Source: Lachnoclostridium phytofermentans ISDg
GTDB taxonomy: Bacteria; Bacillota; Clostridia; Lachnospirales; Lachnospiraceae
Length of the DNA stretch: 32,000 nucleotides
Assembly: GCF_000018685.1 (NCBI RefSeq)
Contig: NC_010001.1
Span: 3,504,038 to 3,536,037 of the forward strand
Direction: 5' to 3'
Shown here piece by piece: positions 1 through 8,385 of this stretch (position 1 is its first letter; each line of letters opens with the position of its first letter). The translations under genes and the position numbers were made by a program. The notes beneath the pieces were generated by a model. It ran no database searches and was not told the DNA's origin. It saw only the letters and a program-made list of their open reading frames with translations.

Positions 1-348
1 CTTCTACACGCGCAACTAAGATTTTTGGACTAAATGGTTTCGAAATATATTCATCAACACCTAATTCAAAACCTAATAATTCATCTTTCTCATCACTTTT
101 TGCAGTAAGCATAATGATTGGGACCTTAGAATATTTACGGATTTCTTTACATACTTGCCATCCGTCCATCTTTGGCATCATCACATCAAGAATAATTAAG
201 GATATATCTTTTTGTTCAAAGAATATATCAACTGCCTGCTCCCCATTCTCTGCTTCTAATACATCATAGTTACTTCGAGAAAGGAAATCCTTTACTAATT
301 TACGCATTCTGCTTTCATCATCTACCACTAAAACTTTTAGGCGTTCCA
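1..348 (-). CDS. OmpR/PhoB-family response regulator, receiver domain. The gene's 3' end runs off the window start.
   Basis: My reverse translation from the ATG at 348-346 gives MERLKVLVVDDESRMRKLVKDFL...LIILDVMMPKMDGW...MLTAKSDE...ISKPFSP. This has the DD pair, a phospho-Asp in LDVMMP, and the T/K motifs. A GGAGGGA SD lies at 354-360 (minus strand). Confidence 0.85.
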
Positions 349-414
349 TATTGTCCCTCCACTCTTTTCTACAGCATAACAAATATCTATGTAGAATTTG
401 TGAAAACCTTAAAC

Positions 415-609
415 TTAGTTTTCTTTCTCCTGCAATGCTTTTTCTTTTTCAAGTATAGCATTTTCTCTATCTGTTAATTGCTTCTCCCATGCTGAATACT
501 TATCTCGAATCTTTATCTCAGCATCTGTAAAAGGAGAGTTCTTACTAAGTAATACAGATACGAACATTCCAATTATAATTAAAATTAAAAAAGCATTGAT
601 GATACGCAA
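415..609 (-). CDS. Small hypothetical membrane-anchored protein: one N-terminal TM segment plus a charged coiled tail
   Basis: 64-aa ORF with a TTG start (caa at 607-609). It has a hydrophobic N-terminus (IINAFLILIIIGMFVSVLL) followed by a K/E-rich tail. I recognise no family. Confidence 0.4.
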   Translation of the reverse strand: MRIINAFLILIIIGMFVSVLLSKNSPFTDAEIKIRDKYSAWEKQLTDRENAILEKEKALQEKEN

Positions 610-669
610 ATTTCTTAGTTTCGCTTGTAATATATCTTTTTTTGCTTCTTTCTGTACCTCAGACGTCTG

Positions 670-969
670 TTAAAAAGATGTGCTACGTACATAGGAACCT
701 TTTTTCATCTCCGTTGGTACTGTTACAAACACCGGGCTCACCGCTTTATCAGAGAATGCATTCAGTTCTCTTTGTACTTCCCTAAGAAAATTGATTCCGG
801 TCGGAGTAACAAATGATTGCTTTTCGATTAATCCTTCATATAGTTTTTTCAGCTTTTCTCTGTCCTTAAAGTCAGTTCTACCTTTAATATAAGCAATTGA
901 TTCAGCCTCCTTCTTGGCTAAGTCCATCTCTTTCACAGTTGCATACCTATATCCATCAAACTCAAACAA
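670..969 (-). CDS. Hypothetical protein
   Basis: 99-aa ORF with a TTG start and AGGGGGA about 7 nt upstream. I recognise no family. Confidence 0.45.
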   Translation of the reverse strand: MFEFDGYRYATVKEMDLAKKEAESIAYIKGRTDFKDREKLKKLYEGLIEKQSFVTPTGINFLREVQRELNAFSDKAVSPVFVTVPTEMKKGSYVRSTSF

Positions 970-1022
970 TCCTTATTCCCCCTTTTTACAAAATGTGAAT
1001 TATGTTTTTAAAAAGAATTTCT

Positions 1023-1835
1023 TTATTCAACTTCAGAAATTTTTATATTTTCTATCACAACTGGATTCTTTGGAGTTCCTTGATCGTCAGCTTTCTCGGT
1101 ATTTGCGATAGCATCTAACACATCAAATCCTTCTATGACTTGTCCAAATACAGTATGTTTCCTGGTTAACCAAGGGGTACCACCATAGGTTATAAATTGA
1201 TTCAACTCGTTTGAAGATAATTTTACGCCATATGCCTTTTGTACATAATCTATAAAGGATAAATCATAATATTCCTTTGCTAAATCCTTTAAAAGATTGA
1301 CCTGTTCTGAATCAGCTTGTACAATAAAGAACTGACTACCATTCGTATTCGATCCACTATTTGCCATACAAAGAGCACCACGGAAAGGATATAAATCATT
1401 AGAGAATTCGTCTTCGAATGGTTCACCGTAGATACTTTCACCACCAAAACCTGTTCCTAATGGATCACCACCTTGAATCATAAACTCCTCTATGATACGA
1501 TGAAACGTAACTCCATCATAATACCCATCCTTTGCATGTGTTACAAAGTTCTCTACTGCTTTTGGTGCTTCCTTCCCGAATAATTTTATCTTCATCGTGC
1601 CATAATCTTTCACATTAATTTCGGCAATTGTATCACCTTTCTTAACATCTTTAAACTGATATAACTTTTTTGCTTCTTGGGTAAGAGTCGGTTCCTCTAC
1701 AACACCTTCCTTGCCTGGTTCCTCTTGAGTGATGGAGGATTTACCCTCACTGTTTCCTTTGTTTATTAAACCACATCCCACTAAACTAATCGCTATGGCT
1801 CCACATAATATCATAATTCCTAATTTCTTATGCAT
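1023..1835 (-). CDS. Cyclophilin-type peptidyl-prolyl cis-trans isomerase, predicted lipoprotein
   Basis: Cyclophilin motifs are present (FHRIIEEFMIQGGDP, GSQFFI, HTVFGQV). The N-terminal signal has a lipobox-like LVGC. Confidence 0.9.
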   Translation of the reverse strand: MHKKLGIMILCGAIAISLVGCGLINKGNSEGKSSITQEEPGKEGVVEEPTLTQEAKKLYQFKDVKKGDTIAEINVKDYGTMKIKLFGKEAPKAVENFVTHAKDGYYDGVTFHRIIEEFMIQGGDPLGTGFGGESIYGEPFEDEFSNDLYPFRGALCMANSGSNTNGSQFFIVQADSEQVNLLKDLAKEYYDLSFIDYVQKAYGVKLSSNELNQFITYGGTPWLTRKHTVFGQVIEGFDVLDAIANTEKADDQGTPKNPVVIENIKISEVE

Positions 1836-2172
1836 GGTATTCTCCCTTTATTTTTTTCTTATTTATTTAGTATAATAATGTTTGATTAACGTTAGTTTCA
1901 TAAGTAATCATACTGTCACCTTTTTACTTTTGTATCGTATCATATTTTTTTGGAAAATACAACGGAAGTAAACAGTTGCTTATTCTATACACTAATGGTA
2001 GAATAATTTCCATATGAGTACAAATTAAATAGGATGTACAAAAGCGTTTGGTTACCATTCTAAGAATTCCCTCGATTCCTAGTTTTCATGCTAATATATT
2101 TAGAAGGAGTTTTAATCTAGTTAGATGGTTAATCAGAAAGAACTCGAATTTCTTTCTACCACGGAGGTATGG

Positions 2173-2733
2173 ATGTCAAAATTATATTTTAAATACGGTT
2201 GCATGAATAGCAGTAAATCAGCGAATCTTCTGATGATACGCCATAATTATGAGGAACAGGGCTTTAATATTTTATTATTAAAACCTTCCATAGATGACCG
2301 AGAAGGAAAATCAATTATTAAATCAAGGATTGGAATTGAAGCAGAATGCATTATGGTTAAGCCATTAGATTCTATTAAGGATATTTTTCAAAAAAATCCT
2401 GCTGATATTATTATGGTTGATGAAGCTCAATTTCTAACGAAAGATCAAGTCGATGAACTATATGATATTTCTTTTCAAAACAATGTCTTATGTTTCGGTT
2501 TGTTGACGGATTTTCAACAACGTCTTTTTGAAGGAAGCCAAAGATTGATTGAGCTTGCTGAGAGTTTACAGGAAATTAAAACTGTTTGTGCCTGTGGTCG
2601 TAGAGCAACGATGAATGTTCGCTTTGATGAACATGGTAATGTAATTACTCGTGGCGAACAAGTTGACATAGGAGGAAATGATAAATATAGAGCGATGTGT
2701 AAATATTGCTATAATAATCTAACAAAAAAATAA
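2173..2733 (+). CDS. tdk: Thymidine kinase
   Basis: E. coli-type Tdk pattern: LYFKYGCMNSSKS P-loop, VDEAQFL, and C-terminal Cys pairs CACGR...CKYC. I prefer the ATG at 2173 because GGAGG sits at 2163-2167. The ORF track's start at 2125 has no SD. Confidence 0.9.
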   Translation: MSKLYFKYGCMNSSKSANLLMIRHNYEEQGFNILLLKPSIDDREGKSIIKSRIGIEAECIMVKPLDSIKDIFQKNPADIIMVDEAQFLTKDQVDELYDISFQNNVLCFGLLTDFQQRLFEGSQRLIELAESLQEIKTVCACGRRATMNVRFDEHGNVITRGEQVDIGGNDKYRAMCKYCYNNLTKK

Positions 2734-2802
2734 GAGAATGTTAAATTATTATATATATATTCTTAGGTAATCTAATACACCATATTGTTTCTGTAACTAT
2801 TA

Positions 2803-2845
2803 GTGTTAGGGTATGCAAATTTTTTGCATCTCTAACACTTTTATT
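2803..2845 (+). terminator. Intrinsic terminator downstream of tdk
   Basis: Hairpin GTGTTAGGGTATGCA / TGCATCTCTAACAC followed by TTTTATTT. Confidence 0.55.
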
Positions 2846-2917
2846 TATGGAAGGAAAAGTTTGCGAGGTTGCTTTTACTTATTTAATTAATATTGTAATC
2901 TAGATAATTTTTTACAT

Positions 2918-2961
2918 AAAAAAAGAGAACAAAAAGATATTTACATAATCTTTCTATCCTC
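2918..2961 (-). terminator. Intrinsic terminator downstream of ssrA
   Basis: On the minus strand, GAGGATAGAAAGAT...ATCTTTTTGTTCTC forms a 14-bp stem with G-U pairs, followed by a 7-T run. Confidence 0.6.
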
Positions 2962-2970
2962 ATGCTTTAG

Positions 2971-3304
2971 TGGAGATGACGGGAGTTGAACCCGTGTCCA
3001 AAAGCCCTTCCATTGTACTTCTACAAGTTTAGTTGATCTTTTAACATTCCCTACGTCAGACTCGAATCAACACGATTCTGATTTCAGTAGCTTCATGTTA
3101 CGCCCACATACTCAAAGCTTTGTATGAGTCGTTTCCTACATAGTCGATGCCTGGGTCTTAAAGTATAGGTGCTCTAAGTCAGACAGCTGCCATTAGGCAG
3201 CGTATGCTAAATTATCGTTAGCGTTTATATTTATTGTGGATTTAACGCATGCCTACGACTTGCTTCTCCAATTTCAAAACCCCTGTCGAAACCGGTACAT
3301 CCCC
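2971..3304 (-). ncRNA. ssrA: tmRNA (SsrA), about 334 nt, CCA not encoded
   Basis: The minus-strand 5' end is GGGGATGTACCGGTTTCGACAGGGG. The 3' end is GGACACGGGTTCAACTCCCGTCATCTCCA. The acceptor stem GGGGATG/CATCTCC contains the G3:U pair. The internal tag ORF GCT AAC GAT AAT TTA GCA TAC GCT GCC TAA encodes ANDNLAYAA. Confidence 0.95.
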
Positions 3305-3339
3305 AAATTATTACAGTACCTATTTTGAGGTGTGAGCTT

Positions 3340-3368
3340 ATTATAGTATAGTATTAACTTTTTGTCAA
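3340..3368 (-). promoter_or_regulatory. Sigma-A-type promoter for ssrA
   Basis: Minus strand TTGACA (3368-3363), 17 nt, TATAAT (3345-3340), about 35 nt upstream of the mature tmRNA 5' end. Confidence 0.65.
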
Positions 3369-4084
3369 TAGATATTAGGCTGTAGTTTTTTTTACAATAT
3401 TATAATAACAGCTGCAGCTTTTCGTGTTATCGAAGACTGCAGCCGTCACATGTATGAATATACTTTGGGGGCTAAATTAGTTATTGAATATTTCCCTTGT
3501 CCATTTATCTGGCATGGAATTCAGGATTTCTTGAGTCAGTTATCATATATACAGCCAACTGAAACATCAAGCGATGAATTTTCCATCCTGCAATATTCTT
3601 ATTCACCTTATAGGTTACCCGTTTATTATTTACCTCTGCTCTCTCAAAAAACGAATCACTTTGATCTCGAAGAAACAGATTATTAACTCTTTTAATAAAT
3701 TTCTCTTACTGTGTTACTACTTGCAACATGTTTTTAATTTTATGAAATATGACTAGTCCTTTTCCTGACATGTTTTTTCCTGATATGTTTTTTTCATCTA
3801 TCTATATAAATTTTATCCCCTCAAGATTTTTATACCATGTTTTTTCTATTGTCCGGAATTGTTTCTAGCTCTTGATCAACATAGGATTCCCCAACACCAG
3901 TAAATCTGATAATGTATCGTATGTAATAATGCTACTGTAATTTTGGTATTGTTTTACATTCTATAACAGACATCTTAACATTTCCTCATCATGATGTTTC
4001 CTATCTTGCTGTTTCTTATCTCGCTGTAACTAATAGTTAGTAATCAAATGAATGGTAAAGAAAATTGTAACAATTAATATTTTA

Positions 4085-4237
4085 TCATAACTTAACTGGT
4101 AAGTTTACAATAAGACCTGCTTGATCGCATAATTGAATTTGATTTGTAGATTTAGTTTCATTTGAAACTGATGCAAAACATAATAAATTACTTGCCAACA
4201 CAACTACTGATAAAATTACTAATAATTTTTTCCCCAT
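4085..4237 (-). CDS. Small secreted propeptide (50 aa), candidate signalling-peptide precursor for the adjacent XRE-TPR regulator
   Basis: Not in the ORF track because it is under 60 aa. My translation is MGKKLLVILSVVVLASNLLCFASVSNETKSTNQIQLCDQAGLIVNLPVKL, followed by TGA TAA. An AAGGAGAAGGG SD lies 5-8 nt upstream of the ATG. The shape is Sec-type: a KK n-region, a hydrophobic core, and a CFA|S-like cleavage site. The gene is divergent from the regulator. Confidence 0.6.
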   Translation of the reverse strand: MGKKLLVILSVVVLASNLLCFASVSNETKSTNQIQLCDQAGLIVNLPVKL

Positions 4238-4324
4238 ACCCTTCTCCTTATAATATAATTTGATTGATTTATTGATTTCCTTTATGTTATATTGAGTTTA
4301 GCATATAATTTTTGCCATGGATAT

Positions 4325-4338
4325 TGACAAGTATGTCA
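4325..4338. promoter_or_regulatory. Palindromic box TGACA-AGTA-TGTCA, copy 1 (candidate HTH operator)
   Basis: 5-bp inverted arms with a 4-bp spacer, lying in the divergent intergenic region. Confidence 0.35.
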
Positions 4339-4405
4339 CATTGGGGTGATTTAATAATTTCCTTTATGTTTATTTATTTTAGTATATTATTTCTGTCTTG
4401 AAAAT

Positions 4406-4419
4406 TGACAAGTATGTCA
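4406..4419. promoter_or_regulatory. Palindromic box TGACA-AGTA-TGTCA, copy 2 (candidate HTH operator)
   Basis: Identical box 81 bp downstream of copy 1, about 16 nt upstream of the regulator's ATG. Confidence 0.35.
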
Positions 4420-4434
4420 CATTGGGGTGATTTA

Positions 4435-5385
4435 ATGATAACAACTACATTTGGAGCTTTATTAAAAGAAATTAGAAAAACAAATAATATGACACAAGTA
4501 GAAACATGTAAAGATATCTGCTCTTTAAGACAATATGTGAGAATTGAAAATAATACTTCAGAACCTTCGATGTACCTAGTTCAGCTGCTTTCCCATCGTT
4601 TAAATTATGACCTTATTGCTTATTATAAACTTATATACTGCGATCAAACATTGCAAGCAAATACAATAAAAACTGAAGCAGATGTCTTAATTAAAGGTGG
4701 TCAGTATGATGATTTAGAGAAACTTATAAACAGATTTGAAAATTACCCTGAATTTAAAAAGGGTGAAAATCTTCAGTTCATATACTATTATAAGTCGTTA
4801 TGTGCCCACAGCAAAAAAGATTATAACCAAGCGGTACAGTATTGTATTAATGGATTACATATTGAAGATCCAAGTTTTAGTAAAAATCGATTATATGGTA
4901 AAATCAGCTCAAGTATTGGTTTGAATTTATATCATAATCTTGGGTGTTATCTAAATGAATTAGGAAAATTGGATTTATCTATTGATATATGGAATAAGAT
5001 ATTAATCGACATCGAAAAGAAAGTAGCATTAAACTTTTCTTATTATCAATCCTCAATAGAATTTGTAAAACAACTATATTTATCAACTTCCTATAATATG
5101 GGTACACAAAAAACTATATTAAAGGAGTATAGAATGGCTCTAAGTTATTTTGATAAAGGAATTGTATTTGCAAATAAGCATAATTGCTCCTATTATTTAA
5201 CTAATATAGTTAGGCAAAAAATGCGTGTATTATATACACTCAATAGATATGAAGAAGCAAGGGCCTCTTACGACATCTGTATGGGGCTATACTTATTACA
5301 GGGAGATACTAAGGAATTAAGAAGCTGTGAGCAAATTATGAAGGAAGATTATCCAGAGTTATTAAAAATAAAAATGTATGACTAG
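4435..5385 (+). CDS. XRE-family HTH plus TPR-repeat transcriptional regulator, RRNPP-like (PlcR/Rgg-type architecture)
   Basis: The N-terminus MITTTFGALLKEIRKTNNMTQVETCKDICSLRQYVRIENNTSEPS is a typical Cro/C1 HTH. The remaining roughly 250 aa is helical-repeat (TPR-like, Y/L/N-rich). I prefer the ATG at 4435 (GGGGTGA 5 nt upstream) over the TTG at 4405. Confidence 0.8.
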   Translation: MITTTFGALLKEIRKTNNMTQVETCKDICSLRQYVRIENNTSEPSMYLVQLLSHRLNYDLIAYYKLIYCDQTLQANTIKTEADVLIKGGQYDDLEKLINRFENYPEFKKGENLQFIYYYKSLCAHSKKDYNQAVQYCINGLHIEDPSFSKNRLYGKISSSIGLNLYHNLGCYLNELGKLDLSIDIWNKILIDIEKKVALNFSYYQSSIEFVKQLYLSTSYNMGTQKTILKEYRMALSYFDKGIVFANKHNCSYYLTNIVRQKMRVLYTLNRYEEARASYDICMGLYLLQGDTKELRSCEQIMKEDYPELLKIKMYD

Positions 5386-5458
5386 AAACGTTACGAAAAA
5401 TAAAAGTGCGAATAGAAATTACATAAATAAAAGTACGAATAAAAAAGTAATATATAAC

Positions 5459-5496
5459 AAAAACCGTAAAATCCATGCATGGATTGCACGGTTTTT
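5459..5496. terminator. Bidirectional hairpin terminator between the convergent XRE-TPR and receiver genes
   Basis: AAAACCGTAAAATCCATG / CATGGATTGCACGGTTTTT, with an A-run on one side and a T-run on the other. Confidence 0.6.
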
Positions 5497-5522
5497 GTCA
5501 TATATGTATTAAATCGTTTTCA

Positions 5523-5933
5523 TTACCTCGGCAAAGGTACCTGATACATCACATCATGCACCTCATCTATTATACTCATCAAACTTTCAGTACTAAACGG
5601 TTTGGAAACTATATTCGTTATCCCAAGATTGTATGCTTCTCTCATCTTTGATTCATTCACTGTTCCAGATAAAATCGCAACATAAGGCATATCTATTTCC
5701 TTCTCCATTAAGTACCGAACAATATCTAAACCATTTTCATGTTCCAATTTTGTTTGAGAATTAGTATTTAAATTCAGATCAAGAAAGATAAGATCTATCT
5801 TTTCCTCGTCTAAGATCTTAACTGCCTCTTCATAGGTTCCAGCATCAAACATATATAAATTTCTATACTTGCTTAAACTAGATTTTATACCGATTCGGAT
5901 AAAAGCTACATCATCAACAATTAATATATTCAA
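5523..5933 (-). CDS. Stand-alone receiver-domain (CheY-like) response regulator with no output domain
   Basis: 136 aa: VDD near the N-terminus, FLDLNL phospho-Asp, AILSG and SKPF motifs. It has a TTG start with GAGGT about 8 nt upstream. There is no room for a LytTR or wHTH domain. Confidence 0.85.
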   Translation of the reverse strand: MNILIVDDVAFIRIGIKSSLSKYRNLYMFDAGTYEEAVKILDEEKIDLIFLDLNLNTNSQTKLEHENGLDIVRYLMEKEIDMPYVAILSGTVNESKMREAYNLGITNIVSKPFSTESLMSIIDEVHDVMYQVPLPR

Positions 5934-6100
5934 GTCTGCTACCTCATTTCAACATAAATTCATTTTTTTATAAAGCTACTTTTATTAAGATGATATTTAT
6001 AATACCATAATAACAGAAATACTTAAATAATTCAATTGAGTTTCCTTTATATTTCGCCTTGCAGAACCCAAATGATGAGTGCATATTATTGGGCACTCCT

Positions 6101-6140
6101 AAAAAGCAGAGCCTACATGTTTTACAATGTTAGGCTCTGC
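6101..6140 (-). terminator. Intrinsic terminator immediately after agrD
   Basis: Minus strand GCAGAGCCTA-15 nt loop-TAGGCTCTGC followed by TTTTT. Confidence 0.7.
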
Positions 6141-6159
6141 TTCCAAATATCTTACCAGA

Positions 6160-6282
6160 TTATTCAATTAATTCCTCTGGCATTTCATCCTGGCCCAAAA
6201 TCCATATTAAGCATGGATAAACAGAAGTTGCCTCTGCAATTGCTACAAATGCTGTTACAGCTAATAATAAAAGCTTTGTCAT
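6160..6282 (-). CDS. agrD: AgrD-like autoinducing-peptide precursor (40 aa)
   Basis: Not in the ORF track. My translation is MTKLLLLAVTAFVAIAEATSVYPCLIWILGQDEMPEELIE followed by TAA. GGAGG sits 8 nt upstream. It has the three AgrD parts: an amphipathic hydrophobic leader, a single Cys with four hydrophobic residues after it, and an acidic tail with a P-E-E-L motif. It lies directly downstream of agrB. Confidence 0.8.
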   Translation of the reverse strand: MTKLLLLAVTAFVAIAEATSVYPCLIWILGQDEMPEELIE

Positions 6283-6389
6283 ATAAATAACCTCCTTTAT
6301 TAATTATACATTAATGTACAAGCTCATTTTAGCACCTCTTACATAATTTAACAAGTGCTTTATTGGTTACTTTTAACAATATTATTATA

Positions 6390-6965
6390 TTATATTCTAT
6401 CATGCTGAACTTTGAAAATCTTGTACGCCATTGGAGTAGTTAGTGATAATATAAGTAACATCGAGAATAAACACATACTATAAATCTCCATCCAAAGAAA
6501 ACGAATAGAGAAGGTAAGTACCATAGCGATAAAAAATTTAAATTTCAACTCTTTCTTTAGTTCCATCTTACGAATCGGTCTTGCATATGTACCTTGGGGT
6601 ACATATCGATACCATAAAATAAGATTAATCAACCACAAAATTATCTCTAGTTCGATTGTCAATGGTAATGCTTTGGTTATCACAATGATAGCACATACTA
6701 ATAGTAAGGAACTGAAAAAACATAGCATATAATTTTTAACATGTATACCGCCAGAGTAACCCCGGTATAACTTAAGGATAATCATTACTAGCACAGCTTC
6801 TTTCAAACAATGAAACCAAAAAAATATAAACGCAATTAGAAGCGAATAAATTAAGCTGCGTAGAAAATTTTTTGTTTGGTAAACGGCACGTTTAGCTCTT
6901 ATGGGTTCATACCCCTTAGTTGTAATTAATAATTGTTCTAAATTATTGTAAGTAAAATGATTCAA
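6390..6965 (-). CDS. agrB: AgrB-like membrane endopeptidase (AgrD processing and export)
   Basis: 191 aa and polytopic. The motif YRGYSGGIHVKNYMLC places His75 and Cys82 seven residues apart, the same spacing as the catalytic H77/C84 of S. aureus AgrB. TTG start with GGAGG 8 nt upstream. Confidence 0.85.
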   Translation of the reverse strand: MNHFTYNNLEQLLITTKGYEPIRAKRAVYQTKNFLRSLIYSLLIAFIFFWFHCLKEAVLVMIILKLYRGYSGGIHVKNYMLCFFSSLLLVCAIIVITKALPLTIELEIILWLINLILWYRYVPQGTYARPIRKMELKKELKFKFFIAMVLTFSIRFLWMEIYSMCLFSMLLILSLTTPMAYKIFKVQHDRI

Positions 6966-7020
6966 TTATACAGCCTCCTATAAGCATCATCACAAATTAC
7001 GTTCCTTAATCCGAAGTACA

Positions 7021-8361
7021 CTAATTATTTATGATAAGTCGTATCTCAAATTCTCCCTCGCCATCAATAATATCGTAATTAATACTTATATTTTTTCTTA
7101 CCATTTCTTCAATGTTTCTAAGACCAATATGTTTTGATGTTCCGTACTTTAATAACTTACCGTTTTTATCATAGTTCTTGAAATTCTTAGTAGTAAATTC
7201 GAATCGATTATCATCAAATATTAGATTGATATAAACCGTCTTGTCTTCAGTGAAGTGTGCAACTTCAATCGCATTATCTACAATAATGTTGATTAGATCC
7301 ACAAATATTTTGGAATTTATTTTAACATTGCTGCTACCATCATAAATAACCTTTAAGTTCACACCTAATTCCCTAGCATAATCTTGTTTCATACTTAATA
7401 TTGAGGCTACCACAGTGTTTGGAATATTAATATATTTTAACTTATAATTTATTTTATTTTTTTCATCCCATTCCAGTAAGTCTTTTAAAACTGTTCGGAC
7501 ATCCTCAATTTTAAGTTCTTCACAATTTACAAAGAAGTTCACAGCCTGCATCATATTATTGTAACTATGGCCGAAGTAATTTATATTATCGACAAAATCC
7601 TGATGAATCTCGTTTAATTTATTTCTCTCTTCAATTTGACGATTCCTATAGCTTGTGATAATAGATTCATAATAGGTTAATAAAAAAATTGTTGCGGCAA
7701 GAAGTATCGTAAAACAGATTAACATAAATGATTCATTACTAATTCCCAATTTATCATAAATTCCTTCTCCCAAAACAGTAAACGTTAGCATAAGAAATAA
7801 CGTTATACCAAACTTGATGTATTTTACATATCTTTGGGTTCTTTCGCTCTTCGTTTCACAATATCTTATTACTTTCTCATAGATATTATCTTGATTTATC
7901 CACATATAATAAGCTGTAATCAACATACCAAGCATATATAATATTTGACAAATATCACGATGAATTTCTATCGATAATGTAATAGATAATAAATAAAGTG
8001 AAAAATTAGTAATTAATAGAGCTAAAATCTGTAAGAAAACAATTACGACAGTTATTAAAATTCCGGTAGTTATAGATACCACAAGGTTACGCTGATATAA
8101 GCAATAAGTTAAGATAATGATAACAGCTACCGGTATAAATATCATAAGTATTTCACCCATATAAAAAGGTAAATTCATATCCATGTTTAGTTTATAATAT
8201 GACAAACCAAATGAAACAATTGTAAATCCTGCTAATCGACAAATTCCTTTTTTACGAAATAAAGAGCGTATAAAAAACGCTAGTACTAGACAATCTATTA
8301 ATAAAAAAATTGTATCATGCAACATATGTAATTCCCACCTATTTTCTAATTCCTTTAACAT
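7021..8361 (-). CDS. AgrC-like (HPK10-type) membrane sensor histidine kinase
   Basis: About 6-7 N-terminal TM segments. H-box-like EIHQDFVDNINYF, N-box IIVDNAIEVA, and G-box-like TSKHIGLRNIEEMV (GHKL/HATPase_c_5 type). An alternative and probably better start is the ATG at 8325, with AGGTGGG 8 nt upstream. Confidence 0.85.
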   Translation of the reverse strand: MLKELENRWELHMLHDTIFLLIDCLVLAFFIRSLFRKKGICRLAGFTIVSFGLSYYKLNMDMNLPFYMGEILMIFIPVAVIIILTYCLYQRNLVVSITTGILITVVIVFLQILALLITNFSLYLLSITLSIEIHRDICQILYMLGMLITAYYMWINQDNIYEKVIRYCETKSERTQRYVKYIKFGITLFLMLTFTVLGEGIYDKLGISNESFMLICFTILLAATIFLLTYYESIITSYRNRQIEERNKLNEIHQDFVDNINYFGHSYNNMMQAVNFFVNCEELKIEDVRTVLKDLLEWDEKNKINYKLKYINIPNTVVASILSMKQDYARELGVNLKVIYDGSSNVKINSKIFVDLINIIVDNAIEVAHFTEDKTVYINLIFDDNRFEFTTKNFKNYDKNGKLLKYGTSKHIGLRNIEEMVRKNISINYDIIDGEGEFEIRLIINN

Positions 8362-8385
8362 CTAAATAGATTACACTATTTCTAT

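Larger units (their letters stand above)
4275..4437. repeat. Imperfect tandem duplication (2 x about 81-82 bp) spanning the regulator's promoter, RBS and start codon
   Basis: ATTTCCTTTATGTT occurs at 4275 and 4357. The 33-bp block ATTGACAAGTATGTCACATTGGGGTGATTTAAT is identical at 4323-4355 and 4404-4436. Copy 2 continues into the ATG; copy 1 reads ATA at that position. Confidence 0.85.

Noticed and set aside
2734-2970. ssrA-targeted genomic island (att duplication of the tmRNA 3' end)
   Set aside because: I found no second copy of the tmRNA 3' end and no integrase. The accessory block lies on the 5' side of ssrA, not at the usual 3' integration site.
3450-3756. Two overlapping plus-strand ORFs (78 and 60 aa)
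   Set aside because: Neither has a ribosome-binding site or a recognisable family. They overlap each other in different frames in an AT-rich spacer.
3932-3973. 13-codon minus-strand ORF MSVIECKTIPKLQ with GAGGAA 8 nt upstream, considered as a second signalling peptide
   Set aside because: It is too short to judge, has no signal or hydrophobic character, and such a match is easily produced by chance in AT-rich DNA. It is kept only as a note.
6036-6290. 84-aa plus-strand ORF in the track
   Set aside because: It is exactly antisense to the agrD gene and its terminator. It has no SD, and its composition is the mirror of a real gene. agrD on the minus strand explains the open frame better.
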